Source of the DNA: Klebsormidium nitens
Lineage: Eukaryota; Plantae; Klebsormidiophyceae
Reading direction: 5' to 3'
Length of the DNA stretch: 64,000 bases
Assembly (NCBI GenBank): GCA_000708835.1
Contig: DF236955.1
Coordinates: forward strand, 372,001-436,000
Each line of letters begins with the position of its first letter. Positions within the stretch are counted from its first letter, which is position 1. The translations under genes and the position numbers were made by a program. Positions 12,243 to 23,763 of this stretch are shown here, in pieces. The notes under the pieces are model-generated. The model worked only from the letters and a program-made list of their open reading frames with translations. It had not been told where the DNA came from and ran no database searches.

Positions 12243-14039
12243 CTACGTTAATCCCAGTAGCTTGTACGCTGATTTGGCAGTATAGGTAATCGTTTCCGTT
12301 CCAATTGTAGCTTGCAGTACTTTGATAGTGATGGTGCTGGTCATTGTGAGGAGGGTGCGAAGGCCGAACCGCCCGTAGGCAATCAGGTTCAGGACGGGGA
12401 TGTTGACGAGGATGGGATCGAGGGTGTGGCAGTCTTGTTGAAAGGCAATGCGCTTTCGCCGAGTTCCGCCTGCAGCTGTGCCATTGCGCTACAAGGAAAA
12501 GGAATTAGCGGAGACACCTTAATCTCTGGGTTCTTGCGGGCAGAATAAACCTGACACGAGCTTTCAGTCGAAAAGCAGATATCACCAGAAATCGAATGAG
12601 AGTTGTGCTGTGGTCAAGGCACCTAATCCAATGCTCTGGCTTGCTTCGGTTTTCTAAGGAACACCTCTATCAAATTTGTAGTTTTAGCTACTGAGATTGT
12701 CGACTGACTTGTTCTCATATCGTAATTCGAAATCAACGCATGGAGCCTCCGCTTCAAGAACACCGTATAACGTAGGAAGTTCAGCTTCCTCCAACTCAGG
12801 AGACCTACTACCTTCACGAAATCAGAGGCTCAGAACGAGACTGACAGCTTTCAACGAGCCCACTTGTGTGCACTGCCAGCTGGCAGGCGTCCACATAAGG
12901 AGTCTTCGTCAGAAGCCTGCAATTTCGACCACAAACTTGCTACGGATGGCAAGGAAAGCCCGCAGACTAGACGAACTTACGTGCTCCCGCCCTGTGCTGC
13001 TGGGTGCATCCTCCAGCTTGAAGAAGACCATCATGGGCATTCCTTTCTCCTCAAAGGGGTTCCACCACTTGCGGACGTACTGTGTCATGCGCACCATTAT
13101 GTACTCCTCGTCCTCTTTGTACGCCACTTGGTGGATTGTGGCGCGGAGGCTGTGGTTGGACATTACCCAGATCTGAGGCGAAGACATGGTTCAATCTGAG
13201 TCGGTGCGTCAAGCTGGTGTGAGATTCATCTCGCAGGAAGAAAACCAGTTGTGGAAAAAGGATTGATAGCAGTCTGCATACGACGAACGATGGACAAGCA
13301 ACCAGCGCAGCACTTCATGTTAACTTTGGTGGTCTCCAGCGTTTTAGAGACCGTTGAGAATCTAACCTAGCACTGACGGCACTGAGAAAGCTGTCAATGG
13401 TGACCAGGAGAAGATGTGCACTCATGGGCAGCTTCTGTCACACCTTGGTCATCTATGGACCTCAGAAAATCCAGAAACGAAGTCAGAAAATTTGTTTCAG
13501 GTAAAGTGGCTTGAACGTTGAACAGTTTCTGGGATAACTGCCTACAAGCTGCGACCTGTGACAATCAAGGCAACAGTAACCTTGTTTGGACCACCCAAGG
13601 AAGCTTACGGAACATAGCATAACATTCTTTGGAAGCAGAGGCCTTCCAAAGAAAAAGAACAAGATAGTCTGTGGAAACCTTTCCAGAGTCTGACCTAAAA
13701 GGGATCTAAAGGTTGACTCGCAATCGCATAAGCTATCTTGACAGTATCTGCATTCATAAGCTCTTCAGAGCTTCAGCTGAGCAAAAGTTGTGCTACCGTT
13801 CAATGGAAAAAGAAGAGAAATGCTATGCATGCAGACTGTAAGAGGAATCACGCGTGACCTGGCAAACATACCTGGTATGCTGCTAGAATCTCTTCACGAT
13901 TTTTGCAAAAGACGACCATATGATCCAAGATAGCGGACTCTGAAAAGTATTTAGAAACTGTCTCTTCCTGCCGCTTCAGGTCCTCATTCTGCACAATGGC
14001 CTGGATGATGCCCGGTATCTCCTTGGCCGGGTCCTCCAT
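12243..14039 (-). CDS. NTF2/SnoaL-like fold protein resembling a fungal family (SigF-like NTF2), predicted hydrophobic C-terminus
   Basis: Exons 14039-13872, 13172-12981, 12488-12243 total 606 nt in frame (201 aa): MEDPAKEIPGIIQAIVQNEDLKRQEETVSKYFSESAILDH...REEILAAYQ|IWVMSNHSLRATIHQVAY...YIMVRMTQYVRKWWNPF...|...KRIAFQQDCHTLDPILVNIPVL. An acceptor at 14070-14071 suggests a further upstream exon. Confidence 0.75.
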
Positions 14040-14738
14040 GGTGGTATTTTCTTCTTCTGTAGCTTCCACCTAACAGCTGACAAATAACCCCTCAAATCAC
14101 GCGAGGAGCACCCGCTTTGCTTGACTCCCCGATGTCAGAGTGCTTTTAGGGTTTCTATCTGTTGCAAGATGTTGAATTGTGTCGCCCCTGCTTGCAAAGG
14201 ACAAACTTCAAAAGGTGCTTCCAGGTTCTTCTGACTTGAACATGGGCCGCTTGCAGTGTGCAGTCTTGCCTAACGGGTTTGAAGCTTTGAGCCTAGAGGG
14301 AGCCCCCAAGCGCACCCCCGAGGACTTCAGTGGTCAGCACGTGGCTGCTTCCTATTGATTGTTTTAGATCGTCAGATCTTATCGTGAGGAGATCTATCCG
14401 TCGATGATAACATTTGCAGATTCACCGACCGAACGCCACAGAGAGCCGTGCGCGGTCATGAAATGCGCTTCTCGAGATAATGGGGGGATGATGGTTAAAG
14501 CATGGTGGCTGCCTGCAACAGGAACGCGTATCCTGTTTGCGATTGCAGCCAGAGGCCGCGAGGATCTGCATGCATCGAGATCTGGCCCGGCTCTGCATGC
14601 AAACAGACCACCGAGGGAAACCATTCAGCTAGCATAGGCATTGCGGGGAAGAACACACAGCAACCAATCGTTTTGCTTCGACTCAGCTGTGAACAGCTCG
14701 GTTGTCTCGTTTGTCGTCTGCTCTAGCTGCACAATCTT

Positions 14739-16612
14739 ATGTTTGGAAGCCGCCTCTCGAAGTTGCTTGGGCCTGCAATTTGTTCCTCTAGTCAACCACC
14801 CCAGCTCCGGTCGGTGTTGCAACAATCAATCTTCAGGACAATGGCGTCTTCACCAGCTCTTGCCTACATCATTGTCTACGTGGAAGATGTTGAGAAGTCC
14901 ATTGCCTTCTACGAGAAGGCCTTTGGGCTGAAGACCAGGATGGCCACTGGGGAGAAGAGGACTGCCTGGGCTGAGATGGAGACTGGCTCCACAACACTGG
15001 CTTTCACCCCAAAAGCGCAGGTAAATAAGAGCAGGCCTCCTTGATGCCATGGACTGACAGCATTGCGGATGCTTTGTTGCACCAAGCAACTTTTTTGACT
15101 CCCTATTCTCAAGCAGTCGCCAGACTGTGCGTCAAAGGAAGTTTCAATTGTGTGAAAGTGGCTGGGTGGAGACTTGGGCATGTGGGCATGATCACGATGT
15201 TTGCATCTTTCTCATATGAATGTTCACTACGTTAAAAAGATACACAGATCTGTTCAGGCAATCCTTCGCCTAGAGTTTGAGCTACACAGGTCTGGTGGTG
15301 GAGCAAGCTCAGCTTCCAACACCTAGTACTGAGGTTTTTGGTTGTCAGACTCTGCTCAACATATTTCTGGCAATCTGAAGTATTGCCAGTACTCAGCTGC
15401 CTGGATGTTTGGTACCTGCTGGGCAACCCAGACGAACTTATCAGTGATGATGAGCAGCTACAGCTCAGTCAATTCTATGTAGTGGTTTGGTCATCCAAGA
15501 CAACACCTTGTTGCGAAAGGATGACAAAGACATTCCTAGCGGGCAACCACTTGTCCAAAAGAAGCATCTCGGAAGAGAGGGTTTGATTTAGGCCCACCAT
15601 TAGTAGCTCAACCTTTTCTAGGTGGTCGAAGCCATTCTCTGAAGGGGACAACCAAACAGCCTGAACATAGTGGCTTTTCTTTTCTTGCGAAGCTGAGAGT
15701 TGAAACGAAATTCCACTTTGCCTTGTTTGTGCGCTTGTGTCCAGAGTAGCTGTGAGCCAAGTTCTTCCAAATAGATCTTGATGGTAACAGCCCGTTGGGT
15801 AGTTACGCTGCCTGCGCAAGACCCTGGATTACGTGGATACAATGAAAGGGTTTGTGAGCCATACCTGTTGAGTGTGGCGTCTTGGTTGTACTGCTGATCT
15901 TACTGCTGCAACCATCTTCCTGCAGCGGGAGACTGCTCTTTCCGGCGGTGTCAAATCACACGACGACAGTGAGGCTGCCCCCAACGTGTTGGTCAGCTTC
16001 ACGTACGATGACGTGAACAGTGCGTACAAGCACGCCATCGACTCTGGCGCAAAGCCGTGCGCAGAGCCCGAGCCCAAACCGTGGGGCATGACTGCCGGGT
16101 GAGCCCATTGAAGAGACACGCCCTTCGTTCTGGGATTTACATCGTCCGTTCAATTGTCGCCATTTGCCCTTCGAATCAAGGCAACGCCATCTCGTTTGCA
16201 AAATTGAAAACCAACTTCAACGAAGCCAACTTCGTAGGAGCTCAGTCAGTGTTGGACGCGCTCCCCGTTTCTCAGAAGAGCTAAGGTTTGAGAGGACGCA
16301 GATGGGTAACAAGCAGACAAGCTCATCGAGCAGGTTCCATTGAAACTTAATTCACTGTCAACCCGTTGTGCTCGTCCGTCCTGTTCAGTCTCGATACTCG
16401 TACGGTTTCGATACTTCGTGTGAGACCGAGATCTCTGCGGATCCTGTCTCTGTATGCACATATCCGTGTGCTTCATCTTGGTATTGATTGATCATCAGCA
16501 CAGCCTTCTTTGCGACTTCCGCTGAAGTGTAACTTCGTATCATTGCAGGTACGTCAAGGACATTGACGGGATCCTCGTACAGATTGGTAGCCGCGTGAAG
16601 AAGCAGCAGTAA
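14739..16612 (+). CDS. VOC-family glyoxalase/bleomycin-resistance protein with probable organellar presequence
   Basis: Exons 14739-15020, 15926-16098, 16549-16612 total 519 nt in frame. Motifs LAYIIVYVEDVEKSIAFYEKAFG, WAEMETGSTTLAF, DVNSAYKHAIDSGA, PEPKPWGMTAGYVKDIDGILVQIGS. Confidence 0.92.
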
Positions 16613-17963
16613 GCAACCGACTGCGTTGTTGGCGCTTAGAGAGAGTTACGAAGTTCCGAGCGTTAGCGATTTGTAACATAAATGAGTAGTGTGTACCAAA
16701 TATTTGATCACGTCCTATTTTTGCCTTGGTTTGATAGCTCTGAGAGTCGATATTGAACCTCGGAACCCTCGTTATGTGGAGGACATATAGAGATCATGGA
16801 AGCTGGCCCACGAGTTTCGCACATACGGAATATCCTTTCGGGCAAACGTCAGTGACTCAAATGGATTAAACCTTCCATGTATACTTTGGGAAAAATTGCA
16901 CAGTATTTGCGACCCCGCTTCAGCATTCTGGTGCGCAACTGTAATGTCTTTGCTTAGTACGGTTCAAAGCTGTTATGTGTCAAAGTTCAAGCCGTTTGGA
17001 GCGATCCCTTTATGTACTGACTGCATGCTTAAATATGGCACGCGCTCGACGTCTGCATTGGCGTAACATCTCGGGCCCATATTAAAACGACGGAAGAACA
17101 TGTGAGAGCTCAAGTAGCCGGTGTGCTTGCTATGTGCTATACAGATTTGTCTCCTGTTATTCATTCCTTTCCATTAATGTTCTTGTGTGAAGTATGTCAC
17201 GAGATCCTCGCTGAATTTGAGCGATCTTCGAATCATCTTCGAGGCCATGAGTGACCAACGAAATAGGAAAAGGAGGTATGCCAATCAACGTGCACCAGCC
17301 GAGAATTTCCTTGATCTACAACCTTCCTGCCAAGGTTCGAAAGTCAGGGGCAATGAGAGCAAACAGATTAATTGCAAACATGGCCAGCTTATCTGGTGCC
17401 CGCCACTGCCGCCACACATGATTGGCGGTCGCCACATGCAGATCACATCGACTTGAAAGTGCCCCGGCGGCCCTGCCCGGAACACTGCTGATAAGCTGGC
17501 GCGTACTGACGTCACCTTGCATGCATGGTGCATGCTTGGTTTTCACACTCTAACCTTTCCTGAGCCGCGGTCCGGTTTGATTTTTCTGCATGCAGGTTCT
17601 CGGGATTACTACTGACAATCAGGGAAGAAGACGGAGGGGGCAGATTGCATGCACTCATGCAGGTCTGACTCTGGGCCCCTCATGCATGCATGATTGACTT
17701 GAATTCAGAGACAGTTCGCGAAGAAGCTGAAGCGAGGAAAGGCCGGCTCTTGCTTCGTAGGACAAACATCCCAGCTCGACTCCCTGGAAGCCAAGCACAG
17801 AGACTCTCTCCATACTTGGCGATCCTGTTTGTTCGATTGGGGCGGAGGAATTGTTGGATGCAATTAGGGCGAGCTTGGAGATTGCGCAATCTGAAAGTAG
17901 CTTTCAAGCTTTCCTCAGGAGAAGTTCCTTCTACTTGTAAAGGCTTCCTTAAGCAGGTTCAGA

Positions 17964-20771
17964 ATGGCGGCCGCTTCTGTACGGGCCAGCGCCCCAGCCT
18001 TCAGCGGCATGGCCCAAGTCCCGGTGGGCGCCCAACAGCCCAGCTTTTCAGAGCGCCCGGCATGCTACAGCTCTGAGCTCCCAGCCAGCTCACTTCGAGG
18101 TTTCGGGTCAGCCCATGGAGCGCCATGCCCTGAGCTTGGGTGCAGTTCGGGGCCTTCTGTGGCACGTGGGCGGTACAGCGCTGGACTTCCTGGCAGCTTA
18201 AATCAAAATGCCCTCCGCTCTAGTATTTCACTGCAGAGAAGAGCGGCTTCTAGTTTTAGAACTGGGTCTGGGCACTTTGGTAGGGCGCGGGCAGAGCAGG
18301 GCCAGAAGGAGCGGGAGGAGACAGAGCCGCGGCCGGTCAGGAATGTGCTGAAAGAGATGAGGGAAGCGAGAGACGTGCAGGACGCCGCAAAAAGGGGGGC
18401 GGCGGCAGCAACAAACGAGGCGAAGAGGGACCTGGACTGGTACAGGAGCCTCAAGAAACCGTGGTTCGCGCCGCCAGTGAGCTGCCCGGTGCATGCTTGC
18501 TCCAATTGTACGGAGGCCCGAAGGCTGGGTCGAAGAGTGATGAAGAAGCAGGAAGCTGTTCTGTGTATTGATGTCTGGTTTCTGAGCTGCAATCTGTCAC
18601 CCAGTAGAGATTTGGTGTCATGAAGCACATGACGAACCTGCTTGTGCTCTACCCTCTACCCTGATTCCAGCCCAGGTCTGCTTTTGTGGCGAACAATCGG
18701 TATTTCTGAGTCTGTCATCAAAGCACTCGGCTGTGATCGTTCTTTTGATGTTACACAGCTTGGTAAGCAAAATGCCTCATCTCTGGAATTCTAGCAAGCT
18801 TCTCCACGAAGTCAGAGGACCGGTTCTGCCCAATGGCTCGTGCTGCTTCTCGGCCTGACGTCCTCTTCTCGTTCGGAATTTTGACGGTGGGTGCCGAAGC
18901 TCCTGAGCAGGAATTTCGAAGGAGCAGAATCAGGTTCCTTTGCCGGTCGTTTCTTTTTCAGCGGCTGCATCCCTCCTGTTCCTTGCGTTTGCTCCATTTG
19001 TTTTTCGACAGCTTTTCATGTTGCGCAGGAACCGGTCTATGGGATCGCTTGGACGGGCCTCTATGCGCTGATGGCCGCGGCCACCTATATTGTCATCACA
19101 GAGGGAGGAGGTGAGGGGGAATGTTTGAAAGTTGTCACACTTTCGACGTACACGTGAAGCTAAAGCGCTGCAGGGGCAGCTTGCCTTCCAATTGGTTGGT
19201 ATTGTCTCTCTGTCGCGTCCCTTTCCGTCCGCCTCTGATCATCCTATTTATTCAAGGGAGATTGTCAGGATCGAAGTCAGTATCGAGTCGAAGTCAGTAT
19301 CGAAGTCAGCATCGCGCGCTTTGTCTTCCTTCGTTGCCACCCGCAACATGTACTCTTTGCGTCTGAGTTGGTGAGAATGTACGCTGAGTGCTGGCAGCCT
19401 TTCGCTCACCATTTAGGGTACGCATTTGCAGGGGTTCAGAAGCAGGCGCTCCCGCTGGCCGTCTTCGCGGCCCAGCTGTACTTCAACTTCAAGTGGCCGC
19501 AGCTCTTCTTCATCGAGAAGAAAATAGTGAGTCGTTTCGTCGAAATAGCGAAGTAGAGCTAAGCATTTGTTCCAAGCAAGTCGGATCAAGACATGGTAAA
19601 CTGGATCTTGGAAGACTGAACGACTTTTACGGTGGTGAAAGCTCAAGGACTGTTTTACGAGCGAGGAGTCTAGATAGCCACGGATGAAAGAGTGTCTGAC
19701 GCAATCTATTTATTAGGGCGCGGTACCGCAAATCGTTACTAATGATGACGACGATGATTGTGCCCACCAAATTTTGCACTGCACTCTTTTCGGAGATGTG
19801 TGCTGCAGCTTCGATGAACGACAGTCACAGTTTTGGCCGCACGGCTTTCCCAGGCCCAGAACATAGCAGTCTGTTTCTGTATGAACCTTCTTTTTGATGA
19901 AATTTCTGATAGCTTGACTTTCTGATAGCTTAGATCTCTGAAACCGGAGTTGCACTGCTCCAACTCGGACGGTTTACAGAAACGCGCCGGGACTGGCGCA
20001 AGAATGCAGCCGGGCAATATTCGCGAAAGGGTCCAGCAGGAGTTCTAGACACGGTCATAGACTTATTAGCTTACTCGCTCCCTTCCGTTGGTGCAGGGAA
20101 AGGCGCAGATCGACAACCTGTTTCTGTTGGCCTCGCTCGTCCTGACCTACCAGCTGTACCACTCCGTCAGTCCCACCGCCGGCAGTCTCATCCTTCCCTC
20201 CGTCATCTGGTACGTACCACCAAAGGATTCTGCTTGCATGTTTGAGGAAGCGCTTTTAAACGGCGGATTCTCGGCCGCCGGGCGCCCGGCGTCGAAGGAG
20301 GACGCTCGTCTCTGTACTTGTATCGTCGCTTGGTGGCCGGGCAATTTCGAAGATTGTCAAGAACGGTTCTTTTGTGCGAGTTACTGAGGCATGATGAGAG
20401 CCTTAGCTTCGTATGGCTCCCTAGGGATTGTCGGCTTTCACCATCAGGCTTGGTAGGCACGTCCTCGTCTATAGAACAGACGGTCGTGTTGGAAGCGTTG
20501 CGGCCGATCAGCTTCAAGTCCGTTCCAGTAGTAGACACGCTGCGTCTATGCTCGTTGGGCTGGTCGCCCGCACGTCGAAGCGTCGCCTGTTGTGCGCTTT
20601 CGAAAGCACGTTGTTGATCCCTAATCTCCCTCCTTTCGGTTTCCCGTTCTCCCGATTCTTCTCTACATTCAGAGTTCGTGACTATGTTGACTCCGCGTCA
20701 TATTATCGTACAGGGTGGCCTTTGCAAACGTCCTGAATTACGTCATCCTGATGCAAAACCAGGACGACTGA
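17964..20771 (+). CDS. TSPO: TspO/MBR translocator protein with long Ser/Ala-rich N-terminal extension
   Basis: Exons 17964-18476, 19029-19110, 19432-19526, 20097-20209, 20714-20771 total 861 nt in frame. WYRSLKKPWFAPPEPVYGIAWTGLYALMAAA, QLYFNFKWPQLFF, LILPSVIWVAFANVLNY are TspO/MBR signatures. Confidence 0.93.
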
Positions 20772-23763
20772 GCTTGGAACACTGAGATTGTAGATGAGGG
20801 TCATCGATAACCAAGTATCTGGCCGTTCAAACCCGCTCGTTCCCGCATTGTACATTGAAGGGCGATGCGGCAGTGCAAGCGAGCGAGTGTACAGGGTAAT
20901 CAGTTTTGGTAGGCTATAAGTCAAATGGTTGTCATGTTACAAGTATCTGAATAGCAGACAGCTAAGCTCTGGAAACAGGAGCAACACGGTCAGACAAGCA
21001 GGCTTACGAGCAGTCAGCGAGAATCTAAACGGTTCTTCTTTGATTGAGTGATTCGTTCACCAATGTCATCGTATCAGGTGTTTCTAAACGTCCGGTCACG
21101 TGTAGCTGCTTGAAGGACGAGTCCGGATTGGTCTTTGTCATTGCCTTGAAGTTTTATTGGACGACTTCAGTGCATTGGGTAGGCTACATTGGTTTTGGGG
21201 CAGTCACGAATGCAAGATTGCACGTTGAACTGTCCGAGATCTCACAACGGCGTTGTCGAGTGCATCGTTTGAGCAACTTCGTTCCCGGACGTTTCCAGTC
21301 CTTGACTGTTATGCCATATATACGCTGTCTGATAGAGGCGAAAAATTCCTAGATTCAGAACCAAGGAAGACTGGTTCTCATTGAGATGATTGGCTTGATG
21401 ACAACCATGTGGCCGACATCTTAACCACTTTCTTCCAACAGTGTGCAAGTCTCTAAGCCACTCCCGTCTTGGTCGTATCAGAACTCATGGGGCACTGGAT
21501 TCGGATCTTCGTTATGTTGCTACACTAGACGTCATCAATTCTCAAGAGTCGATGAAAATGTCCCGCATGGCCGTACAACTCGTCCTTCATATCATTGTGT
21601 TTTAACTGGGGAAACACATTTTCGTATCTAATCAGTCCACGTCGCGGGGTCGGATGATGCATGACGCGGGACAAGCTTTCATATCAATCGGCCGATTGAC
21701 ACTCGGAGTTCGAATCCTCTCAGTCTTACTACAAGGTACGCTAGCCCCTTCAGAGACCATCTGTGCTACGTTGGCACCGCCTACTCGAAGTCCATCATCT
21801 CCGCATCTTCTGCTGAATGTTTGCCTGCGCTGAGCACGTCCGGCCAACGTCTAATCTCTATCTGCTCATGTCTCTTGACGCGTGCTACTCTGTTTCAAGG
21901 CCGATCATGACAGCATTGTCATCGGTGTTCAGAGCTCACACTTAAAAGGTTCTCGGGATAGCAGGACAAGCTACTGACGGTAGGTCGAGAAATGGAAGTA
22001 CTGCATTCGATCGGGATGCCGTTAATTGTCCAACCGGTAGAGCACTGAGTAGCTGTGAACTTCTTAGAGTAAGCCCGGCGCGACCCCGCCGCATGACGGT
22101 GCCACTGCTTCACAAGGAAAAACCGTATCCTGAGTGGTAGTCCTATGTCGGCCGAGCTACCTCGGATTATCAGTCTCGTCTTGCAGCCAGTCGCATCCAA
22201 AGCAGACGTTCCCGCTCAGTCTTGTCATCCTACGATTTAATGAGTTTCGAAACAACCGCCTGAGATACTAGTCTGCTAGCTAATCTCCAAGACAACACAG
22301 GCACTCCCTCGGCGTCCAAGCTAGCATGGGTACACCAGTGGCCAAGCCTTCAAGTTCAAGCGTAGAGCACACCAGTGCTGAGGCGTAGGTGCACATCTCC
22401 TGTGCCATTGGGCTAGCTGAGATAGAGTGTCAAAGGTTGCCTTAGGTAGGATAGCTAGATAAATAGTATCTCAGTACCATTGTTCGAACTCGGTCGGATC
22501 GTGTGTTGACACTCTTCGGCCCCATGGCGCAAGCTACGGTCCTTATAATTGGCTTGCCCTTTCAAGGGGAACCCATAGGGTTCCATCACGAACGAAACAT
22601 CTGCTAGCAGGTGAACCATTTTTCAGACCGTAATTCCTAGACTGGCCGTTGGCTTAGCCAAAATTCGATTCGGAGGGTTTAGTGCCATCTGTCTTGGCCG
22701 GACATTGCTAATTGTCGTTCACGCATGGCGCGCCATGCATGACACTAATTTTCAATATCAGAAAGAAGCGCCTGACGCTCCGCACTTTGCGGGCCGAGGT
22801 CCGCAATTATCGGTACAGTCATGGCCCGTCGGTCTGTAACGACGTGCTTGGCTGGGATCGACCTGCTACGCCAGCTGGTATGTTTGGGTTACTTGTCGGG
22901 TTAAGCGTCGATATGTACGAGGTTAATCGGATGCGGGGTTAGGATTCGTAACCAGTTTATGAATGATGCCAGGGAATGTCACCGACAGTGTGTGCCGTCG
23001 CATGCATGCATGTGGCCTGCCGCCTGACCAACTGACGATGAAAATTGGATTGCGCGCTGCGCTTTCCTGCCCTTTCCCTTTGCCCCGCCGTGACGCTAAA
23101 TTCAAAGTCAACTCGTGCAAACGGCACCTGATCGACGGCAAGCCACAGTCCCCCGCAGGGGGACTGATCGGGTCACAGCTTGTTGAAGTATGAATGAATT
23201 GCAAACCCCGAAGCTTTTGCCAGTGCGCATCTGCGCAAGGACCAGCGCAGTCACCGTCTTTGCTGGCGTGCGGTTGATGGGACCTTCGGCCGAGAATCAC
23301 GCTCAGTCGTCGGATTGACTTCCAGAAAGTTCGCAAGGGCTATGGGTCACTTTTGCGACGTCCGATAAGATCACATGGTTCCACATGGTCATAGCCACAT
23401 GCCGGCCGGCAGGTGTGCATTGTGGATAAGCTCTAGCTAGCTCCACATTTGGAGTTTGGAATGCTGTCAATTCCAGCAGCAGGGTCGGAAACCCACTTCA
23501 ATGGTACCTACTCGTTCATAGAAGAAACATTGCAGGACGGTGTAGAGAGTCCGCTATGCTCTGCTTGTGACAAAACACAGCTCATGTTGACACCTGATGA
23601 ATGGTGGTAATTTCAGAAGATACAACAATCACTCTAGTGAGCTTTTTTAAACGCAGAATGCCGAATGTATTGGCTCTAGCATTGTGAAGTAGGTGCATAC
23701 TCCCGCACCCATGGGCGCACAGCCGGGCATTGAATACCCCCACCACCGGAACTGAAATGGACA

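Noticed and set aside
21700-21725. GAGTTCGAATCC T-loop-like sequence
   Set aside because: The stem does not pair and there is no cloverleaf or A-box.
22567-22584. GGAACCC-ATA-GGGTTCC hairpin
   Set aside because: A short isolated inverted repeat, expected by chance.
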